This document shows positions 38,154-48,125 of a stretch of DNA of 64,000 nucleotides, piece after piece; within the stretch, counting starts at the first letter, position 1; each line of letters starts with the position of its first letter. A program made the translations under genes and the position numbers. The notes below the pieces were generated by a model. It saw only the letters and a list, made by a program, of their open reading frames with translations. It made no database searches and had not been told where the DNA came from. This DNA comes from Bradyrhizobium sp. (GTDB lineage: Bacteria > Pseudomonadota > Alphaproteobacteria > Rhizobiales > Xanthobacteraceae). The stretch is from positions 10,519 to 74,518 of the forward strand of contig DASZTN010000178.1 in the NCBI GenBank assembly GCA_035547995.1. The letters are read 5' to 3'.

Positions 38154-39644
38154 ATGATGCGGACGCGCATTTCCTGCGGATGGTTGGTGGGTAACGACGA
38201 CCGGGGCCATACGCTCTGGCGTAATGCAGAGTTGGTTTACGAAGGCAACACCATCCTTTTTGTCGGTGAGAAGTTTACAGGTCGAGTCGACAAGGAGATC
38301 GATGCGCGCGACCGCCTAGTCATCCCCGGCTTTATCGACACGCATGTCCACTCGGGGCATCGTGCTTCGCATCGCCTGATTTCGGATGTCGGCCGCCCTG
38401 ATTATTTTGGTCAGCCGTTTCTGGAAATCAGTGTCGCGAAAGAGGGCACCCGGGTCGGCGGCGATCCACGCTACGTCCGGCCGGACGATCGTTCGGCGGC
38501 CGAGGAGCTGGCATTCAACGCGCGCTTTACGGTCGCGGAGCTGCTCCGCAACGGCATCACCACATTCGTCGAATTCGGTAGTCAGCTCAAGGTGCAGGAA
38601 GCGCTGCTGGGGCAGGTCGAGGAGCTCGGTATCCGCGCCTATCTCGGTCCTGGTTTCGATAGCGGCCGCTGGGTTGGCGGTGCGGACGGAAAATTGGTCC
38701 GTGTCATCGATGAAGCCGCGGGCGAACGCGAATTCGAACTCGCGCTCGATTTCATCGAGAAGAAGAGCGGGGCCTGTAACGATCGCGTCCGTGGCATCCT
38801 GGTTCCGCGGGAGATCGAAACCTGCACGATCGATCTGCTACGCGCCGCGGCCCGCGAAGCGAAGGAGCGCAAGCTTCCGGTCGCAATCCACGCGGCTTAC
38901 AATATTCTTGAAGTGTTCGACATCATTCGCGAGCATCAGATGACGTCTGTCGAGCTTCTTGAGCACGTCGGACTGATGTCGAGCACGCTTAACATCGGGC
39001 ACGGCAATTTCACCGCCGATAATCCGCTCATCAATTATTCGGGCGGGCGCGATCTCGACATCATGGGTCATCACCACTGCTCGATATCGCATTGCCCAGT
39101 CAACGTGGCGCGGCGTGGGCGTTTTCTCGACAACTGGCAACGTTACAAGCAGGCAGGCGTAAATATTGCATTGGGGACGGATACCTATCCTCGTGACATG
39201 GTGCTCCAGATGCGCAATGCGTCTTATTTCGGCAAGGTCGCCAGCCGCAACCTGAAAGCTGCCACTGCGGCAGAAGTCTTCGAGGCGGCGACCCTTGGCG
39301 GGGCGCGATCGGTCGGTCGCGTTGATCTCGGTCGCCTTGCGGTCGGCGCGCGTGCCGACATCGTCATCGTCGACATGACGGGAAGGGATTCGTTGCGGAT
39401 GGGACCGGTCCGCGATCCGATCAAGAGCCTTGTCGATTGCGGTATCGGCGACGATGTCGACACTGTCATCGTCGATGGCGTCGTCCGCATGGAAGGGGGC
39501 CGCATCCCGAATGTCGATTTTGGTGTGCTGCGGGTTCAGGCCCAGCAGGCGGGCGAACGAATTTGGGACGGTTGGGCCAATTGGGACCCGCATGGCCGAA
39601 CCGCCGACCAGATGAGTCCGTTTTCGTTTCGACGCATGAATTAA
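38154..39644 (+). CDS. Metal-dependent amidohydrolase (cytosine/SAH deaminase - chlorohydrolase group)
   Basis: PGFIDTHVH, IHAA, GHGN, HCP, LGTD, GARADIVIVD. Confidence 0.9.
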   Translation: MMRTRISCGWLVGNDDRGHTLWRNAELVYEGNTILFVGEKFTGRVDKEIDARDRLVIPGFIDTHVHSGHRASHRLISDVGRPDYFGQPFLEISVAKEGTRVGGDPRYVRPDDRSAAEELAFNARFTVAELLRNGITTFVEFGSQLKVQEALLGQVEELGIRAYLGPGFDSGRWVGGADGKLVRVIDEAAGEREFELALDFIEKKSGACNDRVRGILVPREIETCTIDLLRAAAREAKERKLPVAIHAAYNILEVFDIIREHQMTSVELLEHVGLMSSTLNIGHGNFTADNPLINYSGGRDLDIMGHHHCSISHCPVNVARRGRFLDNWQRYKQAGVNIALGTDTYPRDMVLQMRNASYFGKVASRNLKAATAAEVFEAATLGGARSVGRVDLGRLAVGARADIVIVDMTGRDSLRMGPVRDPIKSLVDCGIGDDVDTVIVDGVVRMEGGRIPNVDFGVLRVQAQQAGERIWDGWANWDPHGRTADQMSPFSFRRMN

Positions 39645-39680
39645 GCACCAATCGGAGCATACAACCAGCGGACAACAACG

Positions 39681-40484
39681 ATGACAGAGCAGGACACGCC
39701 AAGCGCACTGAGCTTCAAGGCGATCAGGCAGAGTTTTGCGGCCCCGGCGGGCGATTCCGTCCTCACGGTCATCAACGATATTTCCTTCGACGTTCCGCGC
39801 AGAAAATTCATTAGTGTGATCGGCCCCAGCGGCTGCGGAAAAAGCACGCTGCTGCAGATGGCGGCAGGGCTGCTCAAGCCGAGCCGCGGCCAGGTCAGCC
39901 ACAACGGCGCGATTGTCTCTGGCGTCAACCAGACCATCGGATTCGTTCCGCAGCAGGCGCAGTTGCTGCCGTGGAAGACGACGATCGAAAACATCGAGTT
40001 TCCGCTTGCGCTGCGCAGGGTCAAACCGGCGGAATGCCGGGCCAAGGCGCAGCTTGCCATCGAAAAGGTGGATTTGAAGGGTTTTGAAAATCATTACCCT
40101 CATCAGTTGTCCGGAGGCATGCAGAAGCGCGCATCGATTGCGCGCATGCTGGTCTACAAGCCCGACACGATCCTGATGGACGAGCCGTTCGGTGCATTGG
40201 ACGCGCAGACCCGCATGGTGATGCAGCACGATCTTCAGAACATGCTGGCTACCGAGGAGGCCAGTATCCTGTTCGTGACTCACGACATCGCCGAGGCGGT
40301 ATTGCTGTCTGACAGCGTCGTAGTGATGAGCCGTCGTCCTTCCCGGATTCTTGCCGAAGTTCCCATTGATCTTCCTCGCCCGCGTAACGTGTTCGCGCCG
40401 CATGAGGTCGCAGGCTTTGCAGAGGCCTATCAGCGCGTCTGGTCGGTATTCCAGAGCGAACTCAGTTGGAGGCAGGCCGCATGA
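39681..40484 (+). CDS. ABC ATPase (TauB/NrtD-like)
   Basis: GPSGCGKST, LSGGMQKR, MDEPFGALD, VTHD. Confidence 0.94.
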   Translation: MTEQDTPSALSFKAIRQSFAAPAGDSVLTVINDISFDVPRRKFISVIGPSGCGKSTLLQMAAGLLKPSRGQVSHNGAIVSGVNQTIGFVPQQAQLLPWKTTIENIEFPLALRRVKPAECRAKAQLAIEKVDLKGFENHYPHQLSGGMQKRASIARMLVYKPDTILMDEPFGALDAQTRMVMQHDLQNMLATEEASILFVTHDIAEAVLLSDSVVVMSRRPSRILAEVPIDLPRPRNVFAPHEVAGFAEAYQRVWSVFQSELSWRQAA

Positions 40485-41314
40485 CCGACCAGATGCTGAC
40501 AAGCGCCGTTGCTCATCGTGCACCGAATCGAATGTGGACGCAGATCTGGCGCAGGATCGCCTTTGTCGCTCCCGGGGTCGCGATGCTTCTGGTCTGGCAA
40601 TTTGCATCAGGCCATCTGATCCGCGAGGTTTACGTCAGCAAACCGACTGAAATCGCAAAGCGTTTGTTCGAACTGTTTGCCAGCGGTGATATCTGGCCGA
40701 ACCTTTTCGTTACCGGGAAAGAGCTGCTGCTATCCTACGTCATTGGGGTTCTCGGCGGAATGGTGCTCGGTTACGCGCTGGGTCGTCGTCCGCGGCTTGC
40801 AAGTGTGGTCGAACCCTATGTGATGGCGTTCTACGGCATCCCGAAGATTGCGCTCGCGCCGCTCTTCATCATCTGGTTCGGTATCGGCATCTGGTCGAAG
40901 GTGATGCTGGCGAGCACGATGGTCTTCTTCCTGGTCTTCTATAATGTTTATGCGGGCGTCCGCTCCATCGATCGGGACCTGGTCAATCTTGCGATGGTCC
41001 TCGGAGCGAACGAAAGGCAGCTTGGTCGCCACATCTATCTGCCGGCCTCGGCGCCGTACCTGCTGCTCGGAATGCGCATGGCAATCCCCTATGCCGTAAT
41101 CGGTGTCATCGTTGGTGAGTTCACGTCATCGGTCGCAGGCCTCGGCCTCTTTATCAACTATTCTTCGTCGACATACGATCCGGCGGGCGTCTTTGCCGGC
41201 ATCTTCATCCTGCTGGCGTTTGTGATGTCGATGAATGCGCTTGCCTCGCATCTCGAGCGGCGATTGTTGCGCTGGCGGCGATCCACCAACGACATTCCTC
41301 AAGACGCCATCTGA
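40481..41314 (+). CDS. ABC permease (TauC/SsuC-like)
   Basis: PKIALAPLFIIWFG, IGVIVGEF. Confidence 0.93.
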   Translation: MTDQMLTSAVAHRAPNRMWTQIWRRIAFVAPGVAMLLVWQFASGHLIREVYVSKPTEIAKRLFELFASGDIWPNLFVTGKELLLSYVIGVLGGMVLGYALGRRPRLASVVEPYVMAFYGIPKIALAPLFIIWFGIGIWSKVMLASTMVFFLVFYNVYAGVRSIDRDLVNLAMVLGANERQLGRHIYLPASAPYLLLGMRMAIPYAVIGVIVGEFTSSVAGLGLFINYSSSTYDPAGVFAGIFILLAFVMSMNALASHLERRLLRWRRSTNDIPQDAI

Positions 41315-41325
41315 GAGGCTGTAAA

Positions 41326-42342
41326 ATGATTGACCGTCGCACGATTTTGCTTTCGGCCCTCGCAACTCCGTTGCTTGCCACGCGGGGCTGGAGCGATACG
41401 GCAGGCAAGGTGAGGATTGGCCTTCCGACCAATTCGCTCAGCTATGTAAAGATCTTCGCGGCCCGCGCGCTCGATACATTCGCGGCCCAGGATGTGGCGA
41501 TGGAGTTTGCCCAGGTGCCCGGTGGCGATCCGACCGTGCTCGCTGCCGTCGATTCCGGCGATCTTGATCTGGCCGCCGTCGGAGGCGATTCGGCGCTTGC
41601 CGCCGTCGCCAAGGGGCAGCCGTTCAAGCTCATCTATACGTTGATGGGAAGATTGCCCTATGTCTTGACCGTTTCGAACAAGTATCTCCAAAAGGTCGGC
41701 GTGACCAAGGATGCGCCTCTCGACAAGCGCATCGGGGTCATGGCGAATGCGATTATCGGCGTCAGCGCGCTCGGCGGCGCCCAGGACAGGGTTGCCAGAT
41801 GGCTCGCCCTGCAGGGCGGCCTCGATCCCAAGGCGATCAAGCTGGCAGTGGTTGGCTCGCCGGCGGCGCTCGGCGCGGCGCTCGAAGCCGGGCGTATCGA
41901 TGCATTCGTGTTGAGCCCGCCGGAAAGCGTAATTGCCGCCAGCAAAGGCTATGGGACGGTTCTGGTACATCCGGCGAAGGAGATCGCCGGATCAGGTGTC
42001 CTTCCAAGCCTTGTGCTCGCCGCTCGAGCCGACGTCTCGCCGCCGATGCAGGCGGCGATCGTTCGATCATTGCGGGCGATGAATGCTGCGGCCAGCGCCA
42101 TCCATGACGATCCGAACGGTGTCGCCGACAAGATTACGGCGAAATTTTTCAGCAAGGTCGATCCGTCCATCATTCGTGCATCGGTCAATTCGCTTGCCGA
42201 TGGCGTGAGCGGCGATGGTCATCTGTCCGCCCAATCGATCGCGGCATTGGTGAAGTTCGCGACGCAGACCGGTAATCCGGCGCCCACGACGAAGGATTTC
42301 TGGACCGACAGCTATGCCGCGGCGGCAGCGAAGAAGGCTTGA
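41326..42342 (+). CDS. ABC substrate-binding protein (NMT1/SsuA-like) with twin-arginine-type leader
   Basis: MIDRRTILL leader; AAVDSGDLD, ALEAGRIDA. Confidence 0.87.
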   Translation: MIDRRTILLSALATPLLATRGWSDTAGKVRIGLPTNSLSYVKIFAARALDTFAAQDVAMEFAQVPGGDPTVLAAVDSGDLDLAAVGGDSALAAVAKGQPFKLIYTLMGRLPYVLTVSNKYLQKVGVTKDAPLDKRIGVMANAIIGVSALGGAQDRVARWLALQGGLDPKAIKLAVVGSPAALGAALEAGRIDAFVLSPPESVIAASKGYGTVLVHPAKEIAGSGVLPSLVLAARADVSPPMQAAIVRSLRAMNAAASAIHDDPNGVADKITAKFFSKVDPSIIRASVNSLADGVSGDGHLSAQSIAALVKFATQTGNPAPTTKDFWTDSYAAAAAKKA

Positions 42343-42472
42343 CCCTTGATGGTGCGCCTTTGCGCCGCGAACGGAGGTTCGCATGTCGTTTTGTGGTCGC
42401 AGCGCCTATTCCGTCAGGAGATCAGTCATCTCCCGCAGCACCAGTTTTGAGCTTCTGCTTCGCTGGTGGCAT

Positions 42473-42536
42473 CGTCGGCGCCGCCTTCAGCCCCGCCGAC
42501 GTAAATCTCACGCGTCATCCGGAGGCGGCGCCGACG
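42473..42536. repeat. 14-bp perfect inverted repeat between convergent genes
   Basis: CGTCGGCGCCGCCT (42473-42486) and AGGCGGCGCCGACG (42523-42536). Confidence 0.6.
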
Positions 42537-42566
42537 GATGGCATCGATCTCACCGACGGCGAGGCC

Positions 42567-43919
42567 CTAGCCATCGAATTGACTTCTAGGGCGCGACAGG
42601 CCGAGATTGTCTCGAAGCGTCCGCCCTTCATAGTCGGTGCGAAACAGACCGCGTCTTTGAAGTTCCGGCACAAGTTGTTCGGCAATATCTCGAACGCCGC
42701 GAGGGAAATAACTCGGCATCAAGGCAAAGCCGTCACAGGCGCCTTGTTCGAACCAATTTTGCATAAGGTCGGCAACCGTCTTTGAACTGCCACAAACCAC
42801 ATGGTGCGCCTGGCCTTCGGCAAAGCGGCGGCCAGCCTGGATCAGCGAGAGATTCTCACGACGCGCCATTTCGATGAGCAGCTTTTGACGGCCTTGCGCT
42901 CCATTGCTGAGCGGCAGTTCCGGAAATGGGCCGTCCTTTGGAAATTGCCGTAAATCAAGTCCGCCGGCCACCCGATACATGGAGCGCATGGCTTGGTCAT
43001 CGGTGATATTGGCGAGGAGCTCGGCGCGCAATTCCTGGGCCTCCTCATCCGTGCGTCCGATGATTGGCAGGATGCCGGGCATGACTCTGATTTCATCCGG
43101 CTCACGTCCAAACTGAACCGCTTTCGATTTCACCTCATCATAGAAGGCCTTTCCGTCTGACAGTTTTGATTGGGCCGTGAAGACGCAATCGGCGATACGG
43201 GCGGCCAGAGTTTTGCCAGGTCCTGAAGCGCCCGCCTGAACGACGATAGGGCGGCCTTGCGGAGATCTGAGCACATTCAGCGGTCCCCGGACCTTGAAGT
43301 GCTTACCGGAGTGATTGAGCACTCTGACCTTGGTCGGATCGAAACACTGCGCGGTTGTCTTGTCGTAGATGCAGGCGTGGTCCGCCCAGCTATCCCATAG
43401 ACCGGCCACCACGTCGAAAAATTCCTCGGCGCGCTCATAGCGCGCGTCATGCTCCATGTGGGTGTCGTGCCCAAAATTCTGAGCCTCGGCTTCTGTTTGG
43501 GACGTGACGAGATTCCATCCTCCTCGACCGCCGCTGATCTGATCGATGGTCGCGAACCGGCGCGCAATATGGTAAGGTTCGTTGTAGGTGGTTGTAGCGG
43601 TTGCGATGAGGCCAATTCGCGTGGTTGCAGCCGCGAGAGCTGGAAGCAATGACATCGGTTCGAGGCCCGCGGCGCCGCGATAAACGAGACCGGCCTTTGG
43701 ATCTTTCTTTTCAATCAGATCCACAGGTTGGACGGCGGCGGTATCCGCAAAGAAGATCGCATCGATCTTTGCAGCTTCGGCAAGCCGTGCCACTTCGAGA
43801 TAGTCCTGAAAGGTGCTTTCCGATGTCGGGATCGCATCCGGCATCCGCCACCCACCCGGATGCGAACCAGGGGGAAACCAGAAGAGGCAAAGCCTCATTT
43901 TGCCGTCTTTATTTTTCAT
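42567..43919 (-). CDS. LLM flavin-dependent monooxygenase, NtaA/SnaA/DszA family
   Basis: HPGGWR, DAIFFAD, TTTYNEPYHIARRFATIDQISGGRGGWN, VQAGAS; RBS GGAGG. Confidence 0.92.
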   Translation of the reverse strand: MKNKDGKMRLCLFWFPPGSHPGGWRMPDAIPTSESTFQDYLEVARLAEAAKIDAIFFADTAAVQPVDLIEKKDPKAGLVYRGAAGLEPMSLLPALAAATTRIGLIATATTTYNEPYHIARRFATIDQISGGRGGWNLVTSQTEAEAQNFGHDTHMEHDARYERAEEFFDVVAGLWDSWADHACIYDKTTAQCFDPTKVRVLNHSGKHFKVRGPLNVLRSPQGRPIVVQAGASGPGKTLAARIADCVFTAQSKLSDGKAFYDEVKSKAVQFGREPDEIRVMPGILPIIGRTDEEAQELRAELLANITDDQAMRSMYRVAGGLDLRQFPKDGPFPELPLSNGAQGRQKLLIEMARRENLSLIQAGRRFAEGQAHHVVCGSSKTVADLMQNWFEQGACDGFALMPSYFPRGVRDIAEQLVPELQRRGLFRTDYEGRTLRDNLGLSRPRSQFDG

Positions 43920-43972
43920 GTGGCTACCTCCTGTATTTGACGAGTACCTACACGTGTCTGAAATCTCGTCCT

Positions 43973-45292
43973 TCACGATCTTATTGGACGCGCGAGGCCA
44001 AGATGGTCGCGCAACGTTATCCCTTCGTAAGCGGTGCGGAAGAGACGACGGCGTTGCAAGATCGGAATGACGTGGTCGACGAAAACGTCCAGCTCGCTGG
44101 GAAAATAGGGGGGCATGATGTTGAAGCCGTCGGCGGCGCCTGCTTCGAACCAGGTCGCAATATGATCCGCGATTTGCTCTGGCGTGCCGACTATGGAACC
44201 GTGGGAGCGCGTTGCCGCAACCAGCCGGCCACACTCGCGGATCGAGAGGTTCTCGGCGTCGGCCCTGTCGAGAAGACTTATCACGCGAGGGGTAAAATCC
44301 TTGCCTGACGCACGGATATCCGGGGTCGGAAGCTTGGCGTCGGCTGGAAGGTCGTAAAGGCGGAATTTGAGCTGTTCGCTCAGCATCCAGACGCCAACCG
44401 CCGGATGAAGAAGATCGTTAAGCTCCTCCTCCTTGCGCAAGGCGGATTTTTCCGTATCGCCGATGATCGGCATCAAACCGGGCAGGATGCGCAGGCTTGC
44501 AGGATCACGTCCATGATTTGGCATCCGTGTCTGTACCGCTTCACGAAATGCCAGCGCCTCTTCGAGCTTGGTCTGCGCTGTGAATATGACTTCGGCGACG
44601 CGTGCGGCAAATTCGATCCCGGCCGGCGAGCCGCCCGCCTGCACGAGCACGGGCCATCCTTGGGGCGGACGGGGCAGGGTGAGCGGATTCTTTACGGAAA
44701 AGAACTCTCCAATGTGGTCGATCGGTCTGATCTTGCGCACGTCGGCAAAACAGCCGCTGTCACGGTCTCCGACGAGTGCGTCCTCGGCCCAGCTGTCCCA
44801 CAGCTTTGTACAGATCTCGACAAACTCCTCCGCACGCTGATAGCGAAGTCTCTTCTCCATGTGGCTCTTGCGGCTAAAGTTAAGCGCGGCATCGTCATTG
44901 GCCGTTGTGACGATGTTCCAGCCGGCGCGCCCTCCGCTAAGGTGGTCGAGGGAAGCAAAGCGCTCGGCTATCGCGTAGGGCTCGTTATACGTGGTCGAAA
45001 GGGTGGCGACCACGCCAATGTGGCGCGTTGCGCCGGCAATCGCCGAGTCGATAGAGATCGAATCGATATTGTTGAGTGCGCCTTCGGCAACGATCCGGCC
45101 CTCTCTCTCTCGGGCCGCCAGCATGTCGCCTACGAAATAGAGGTCAAAGAGACCCCGTTCCGCGGCTACGGCAGCACGCTTATAATATTCGACCGTAAGG
45201 ATCTCGTTTGCCGCCACCGACGGATGGCGCCAGCCTGCGAGGTGGTGGCCACCTGGATAGATAAACAAGCCGAAATGAAGCTTCTTCGCCAT
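43973..45292 (-). CDS. LLM flavin-dependent monooxygenase, NtaA/SnaA/DszA family
   Basis: GHHLAGWR, STTYNEPY, SLDHLSGGRAGWN, VQAGGS. Confidence 0.92.
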   Translation of the reverse strand: MAKKLHFGLFIYPGGHHLAGWRHPSVAANEILTVEYYKRAAVAAERGLFDLYFVGDMLAAREREGRIVAEGALNNIDSISIDSAIAGATRHIGVVATLSTTYNEPYAIAERFASLDHLSGGRAGWNIVTTANDDAALNFSRKSHMEKRLRYQRAEEFVEICTKLWDSWAEDALVGDRDSGCFADVRKIRPIDHIGEFFSVKNPLTLPRPPQGWPVLVQAGGSPAGIEFAARVAEVIFTAQTKLEEALAFREAVQTRMPNHGRDPASLRILPGLMPIIGDTEKSALRKEEELNDLLHPAVGVWMLSEQLKFRLYDLPADAKLPTPDIRASGKDFTPRVISLLDRADAENLSIRECGRLVAATRSHGSIVGTPEQIADHIATWFEAGAADGFNIMPPYFPSELDVFVDHVIPILQRRRLFRTAYEGITLRDHLGLARPIRS

Positions 45293-45316
45293 GTTGTAAG
45301 TTCGTTGTGAGCGCCG

Positions 45317-46405
45317 CTAGGCGGGGCTCGCGATTTGCAGATCGCGGCGCAACGTAGAGCGCCGGTCGGGGGCGCGTAAGGAAGCAGCGAGCAGCGGTGA
45401 CATAGTTGCTTCGATGATTAAATCGAGATCGCGTGTATTGACCGCTGGCCGAAGATCGAAGCCGTCGCATGCACCGGCATCGAGCCAATTGGCGAGTTCT
45501 TCAGCGAGACCGGCCGGCGTGCCGACGAAGAATGACGAAGAATCCGATCCGAGTGCGGCAAGTTCTTCGGCGCGTTGCAGCGCCTCCCGTTCAGTGCGAG
45601 CCAGGATCGGCATGGCGCTCTTGATGATCAGCGGTGGCGAGGAACGAGATGATCGCGAATACCGCGATTGCAGATCGGCGTGAAATGTCGCCATCTCATT
45701 GCGGCTCTTGGTATCGCAGAGGAGGATATCGACGAGCGGCAGTACCGCCTCGCGCAAGGCATTGAAGCCCTGATCGTGGAGCATAACTACCGGATGGCCC
45801 TGGATCGGCCGGGGTACGTTCAATGGGCCTCGCACAGTGAAGTATGATCCACTGTGCATGATGGGGTGGACGTGGTCGGGATCGACGAACAATCCGCTTG
45901 TTTGATCGGCGATATAGGCTTGGTCATCCCAGCTATCCCAAAGCCCACGCACCACCGAAATGAACTCGGCCGAGCGTTGAGCCGCCTCCGCATCTCCAAG
46001 CAGTGCCATATATGCATAGTCGGCACGTAAACTTTCCCGTCCCGCCAGTCCCGCGACCCAGCCGACCCGGCCTCCGGAGAGATGGTCGAGACTGGCCATG
46101 ACTCGCGCCACGTGAAACGGTTCGGCGACATCGAGCGGCCAATATCCGCACAGTCCGATCCGTGTCGTGGTCCCGATAGCCGCGCCCATGAGAGTAAGAG
46201 CATCGAAGCGCAGGCTTGCGGCAGTCCCATCGCCGGGTGTTTTGAACTGCGGATTCGGGATGCCAAAAACGACCGCGTGGAAATTCGCTCGCTCCGCGCG
46301 AATGGCGACATCGAGCAACGATTGCGGATGAAAGGGAGGGGTCTCGCTCACCCGCCAAGCAGCAGGATGCCAACCATGGTGCGCGACGGAGAGCATGAGC
46401 CGCAC
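45317..46405 (-). CDS. Short, divergent LLM/NtaA-family protein
   Basis: WHPAAWR, EPFHVARVMASLDHLSGGRVGW, VRGPLNVPR; lacks the FxAD and QAGxS motifs. Confidence 0.8.
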   Translation of the reverse strand: MRLMLSVAHHGWHPAAWRVSETPPFHPQSLLDVAIRAERANFHAVVFGIPNPQFKTPGDGTAASLRFDALTLMGAAIGTTTRIGLCGYWPLDVAEPFHVARVMASLDHLSGGRVGWVAGLAGRESLRADYAYMALLGDAEAAQRSAEFISVVRGLWDSWDDQAYIADQTSGLFVDPDHVHPIMHSGSYFTVRGPLNVPRPIQGHPVVMLHDQGFNALREAVLPLVDILLCDTKSRNEMATFHADLQSRYSRSSRSSPPLIIKSAMPILARTEREALQRAEELAALGSDSSSFFVGTPAGLAEELANWLDAGACDGFDLRPAVNTRDLDLIIEATMSPLLAASLRAPDRRSTLRRDLQIASPA

Positions 46406-46409
46406 GACT

Positions 46410-47231
46410 TCACGCCTCTGCGGTGAGTTTGCTGAGAAAGCGCCGGGTGCGTTCGTGCTTGGGGGAGTCCTTCATGCTCGCCGGACAACCTTCCTCGACG
46501 ATACGGCCGTTCTCCATGAAGAGAATTCGGTCGGCCGCTCTCAACGCAAAGCGTATTTCGTGGGTTACGATCACCATCGTCATGCCTTTGGCAGCCAGGT
46601 CCAGCATGACGTTCAGAACTTCGTTGACCATCTCCGGATCGAGCGCTGATGTCGGCTCATCGAACAGCATGGCTGACGGCTCCATCGCGAGAGCACGTGC
46701 GATCGCCACGCGCTGTTGCTGTCCGCCCGAAAGAGCAGCGGGATACGTGGCCTCTTTGTCCGACAAGCCGACGAGTGCCAGGAGCCGGCGGGCATCCGCT
46801 GCCGCCTGGTCGGGCCGACGCCCGAGGACGTGGACTGGACCGCATCGAACATTGTCGAGAGCGTTCATATGGCCAAATAGATTGAACTGTTGAAACACCA
46901 TGCCGATCTGGCGTCGTTGCGTGGAAATCCTGGCATCGGACACGGGCACTGCTTTTCCGTCACGCATGGTCGATCCGAGCAGAGAGCCGTTGATCGACAC
47001 CTGGCCCCGGTCTGGCGCATCGAGGAAATTCAAGGTGCGCAGGAGGGTGCTTTTTCCACTCCCGCTCGGCCCGATGATAACGACGACTTCGCCTCGCCGG
47101 ACGACAAGATCGATATTGTTCAGGACCTGGAGTGGACCGAAAGATTTATGTATTCCCCGCGCTTCGATGACAATCGGACGCGTCGACGGCGGCGACACCT
47201 GCTCAGGACGCGTCATGGGAAAGAACCGCAT
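46410..47231 (-). CDS. Polar amino-acid ABC ATPase (GlnQ family; start 47231 or 47216)
   Basis: GPSGSGKST, VFQQFNLF, LSGGQQQR, FDEPTSALDPE. Confidence 0.94.
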   Translation of the reverse strand: MRFFPMTRPEQVSPPSTRPIVIEARGIHKSFGPLQVLNNIDLVVRRGEVVVIIGPSGSGKSTLLRTLNFLDAPDRGQVSINGSLLGSTMRDGKAVPVSDARISTQRRQIGMVFQQFNLFGHMNALDNVRCGPVHVLGRRPDQAAADARRLLALVGLSDKEATYPAALSGGQQQRVAIARALAMEPSAMLFDEPTSALDPEMVNEVLNVMLDLAAKGMTMVIVTHEIRFALRAADRILFMENGRIVEEGCPASMKDSPKHERTRRFLSKLTAEA

Positions 47232-47940
47232 TATCGATGTTGATGGGCTTTGCTGCGACCGATGGCGTCTGAAACCGCGATGTGACCGCGCGGGATGCTC
47301 GTGCCTCGAGCCAGCTCTGGACGAAGCCCCACAGCGTCGTCAGCACCAGGTAATAAAGGGCTGCGACGCAGAACAGCTCGAGAACCTTGAACTTGACTTG
47401 TACGAGCAATTCGGTGCGACGAAGCAACTCCTCCATCGAGATGGCTGAAGCCAGCGAAGAGGTCTTCATCAAGCCGTTGAACGCGTTGCCGAGCGGCGGA
47501 AGGATAATGCGGAACGCTTGGGGGAAGACGACGATTCGCATCGTCTTCGGCCACGTCATTCCCACTGCACGGGCTGCTTCGAACTGTCCCTTTGGCACCG
47601 ACTCGATGCCGGCTCGGATGATCTCTGCCAAATAGGCGCCTTCATTGACCCCAAGCCCGATGAGCGCCGAAGCGACAACACCGAACGAGATCCCGATCTG
47701 CGGCAGGCCGGTATAAATGATGATCAGTTGAACGAGGACGGGCGTCCCCCGAAACAGCCAGACGTAAAGTGAAGCCGGCTGCCTGATCCACCACCGGCTG
47801 GACATCCGCATGAGTGCGGCAATGAGCCCTAACACCAGACCGATCAGCATGGCGGCGGCGGAGATACCGAGCGAAATCGCGGCGCCGGTAAGAAGGTAAG
47901 GGCTGTAAATATAATGAAGGAACGTCCCCCAGTCCCACAT
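47203..47940 (-). CDS. Polar amino-acid ABC permease (HisM/GlnP family)
   Basis: FRGTPVLVQ, AEIIRAGI..VPKGQFEAA. Confidence 0.93.
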   Translation of the reverse strand: MWDWGTFLHYIYSPYLLTGAAISLGISAAAMLIGLVLGLIAALMRMSSRWWIRQPASLYVWLFRGTPVLVQLIIIYTGLPQIGISFGVVASALIGLGVNEGAYLAEIIRAGIESVPKGQFEAARAVGMTWPKTMRIVVFPQAFRIILPPLGNAFNGLMKTSSLASAISMEELLRRTELLVQVKFKVLELFCVAALYYLVLTTLWGFVQSWLEARASRAVTSRFQTPSVAAKPINIDNAVLSHDAS

Positions 47941-48125
47941 GCGTGCTGGTTCCCTTTTTGCTTGGAGCGTTCCGGCGGCCCACCTGCCGAATGCTGTCGG
48001 CAAAATAACTGACTGTCAAGTTATGTAGGAAGGTAGATAAATAGGCATGTAGTTGACTAGTTGCTTGACCAATAGGCAGCGCGCCTCTAATTTGGAAACA
48101 ACAGTCACCCATTCTGCCGGATTCG

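Noticed and set aside
42339-42785. 148-aa ORF between the convergent SBP and LLM genes
   Set aside because: It overlaps the LLM 3' end, has no motifs, and the region is explained by an inverted repeat
48005-48075. TTGAC/TAGTTG short repeats upstream of gntR as an operator
   Set aside because: AT-rich and plausible, but no clear palindrome could be defined
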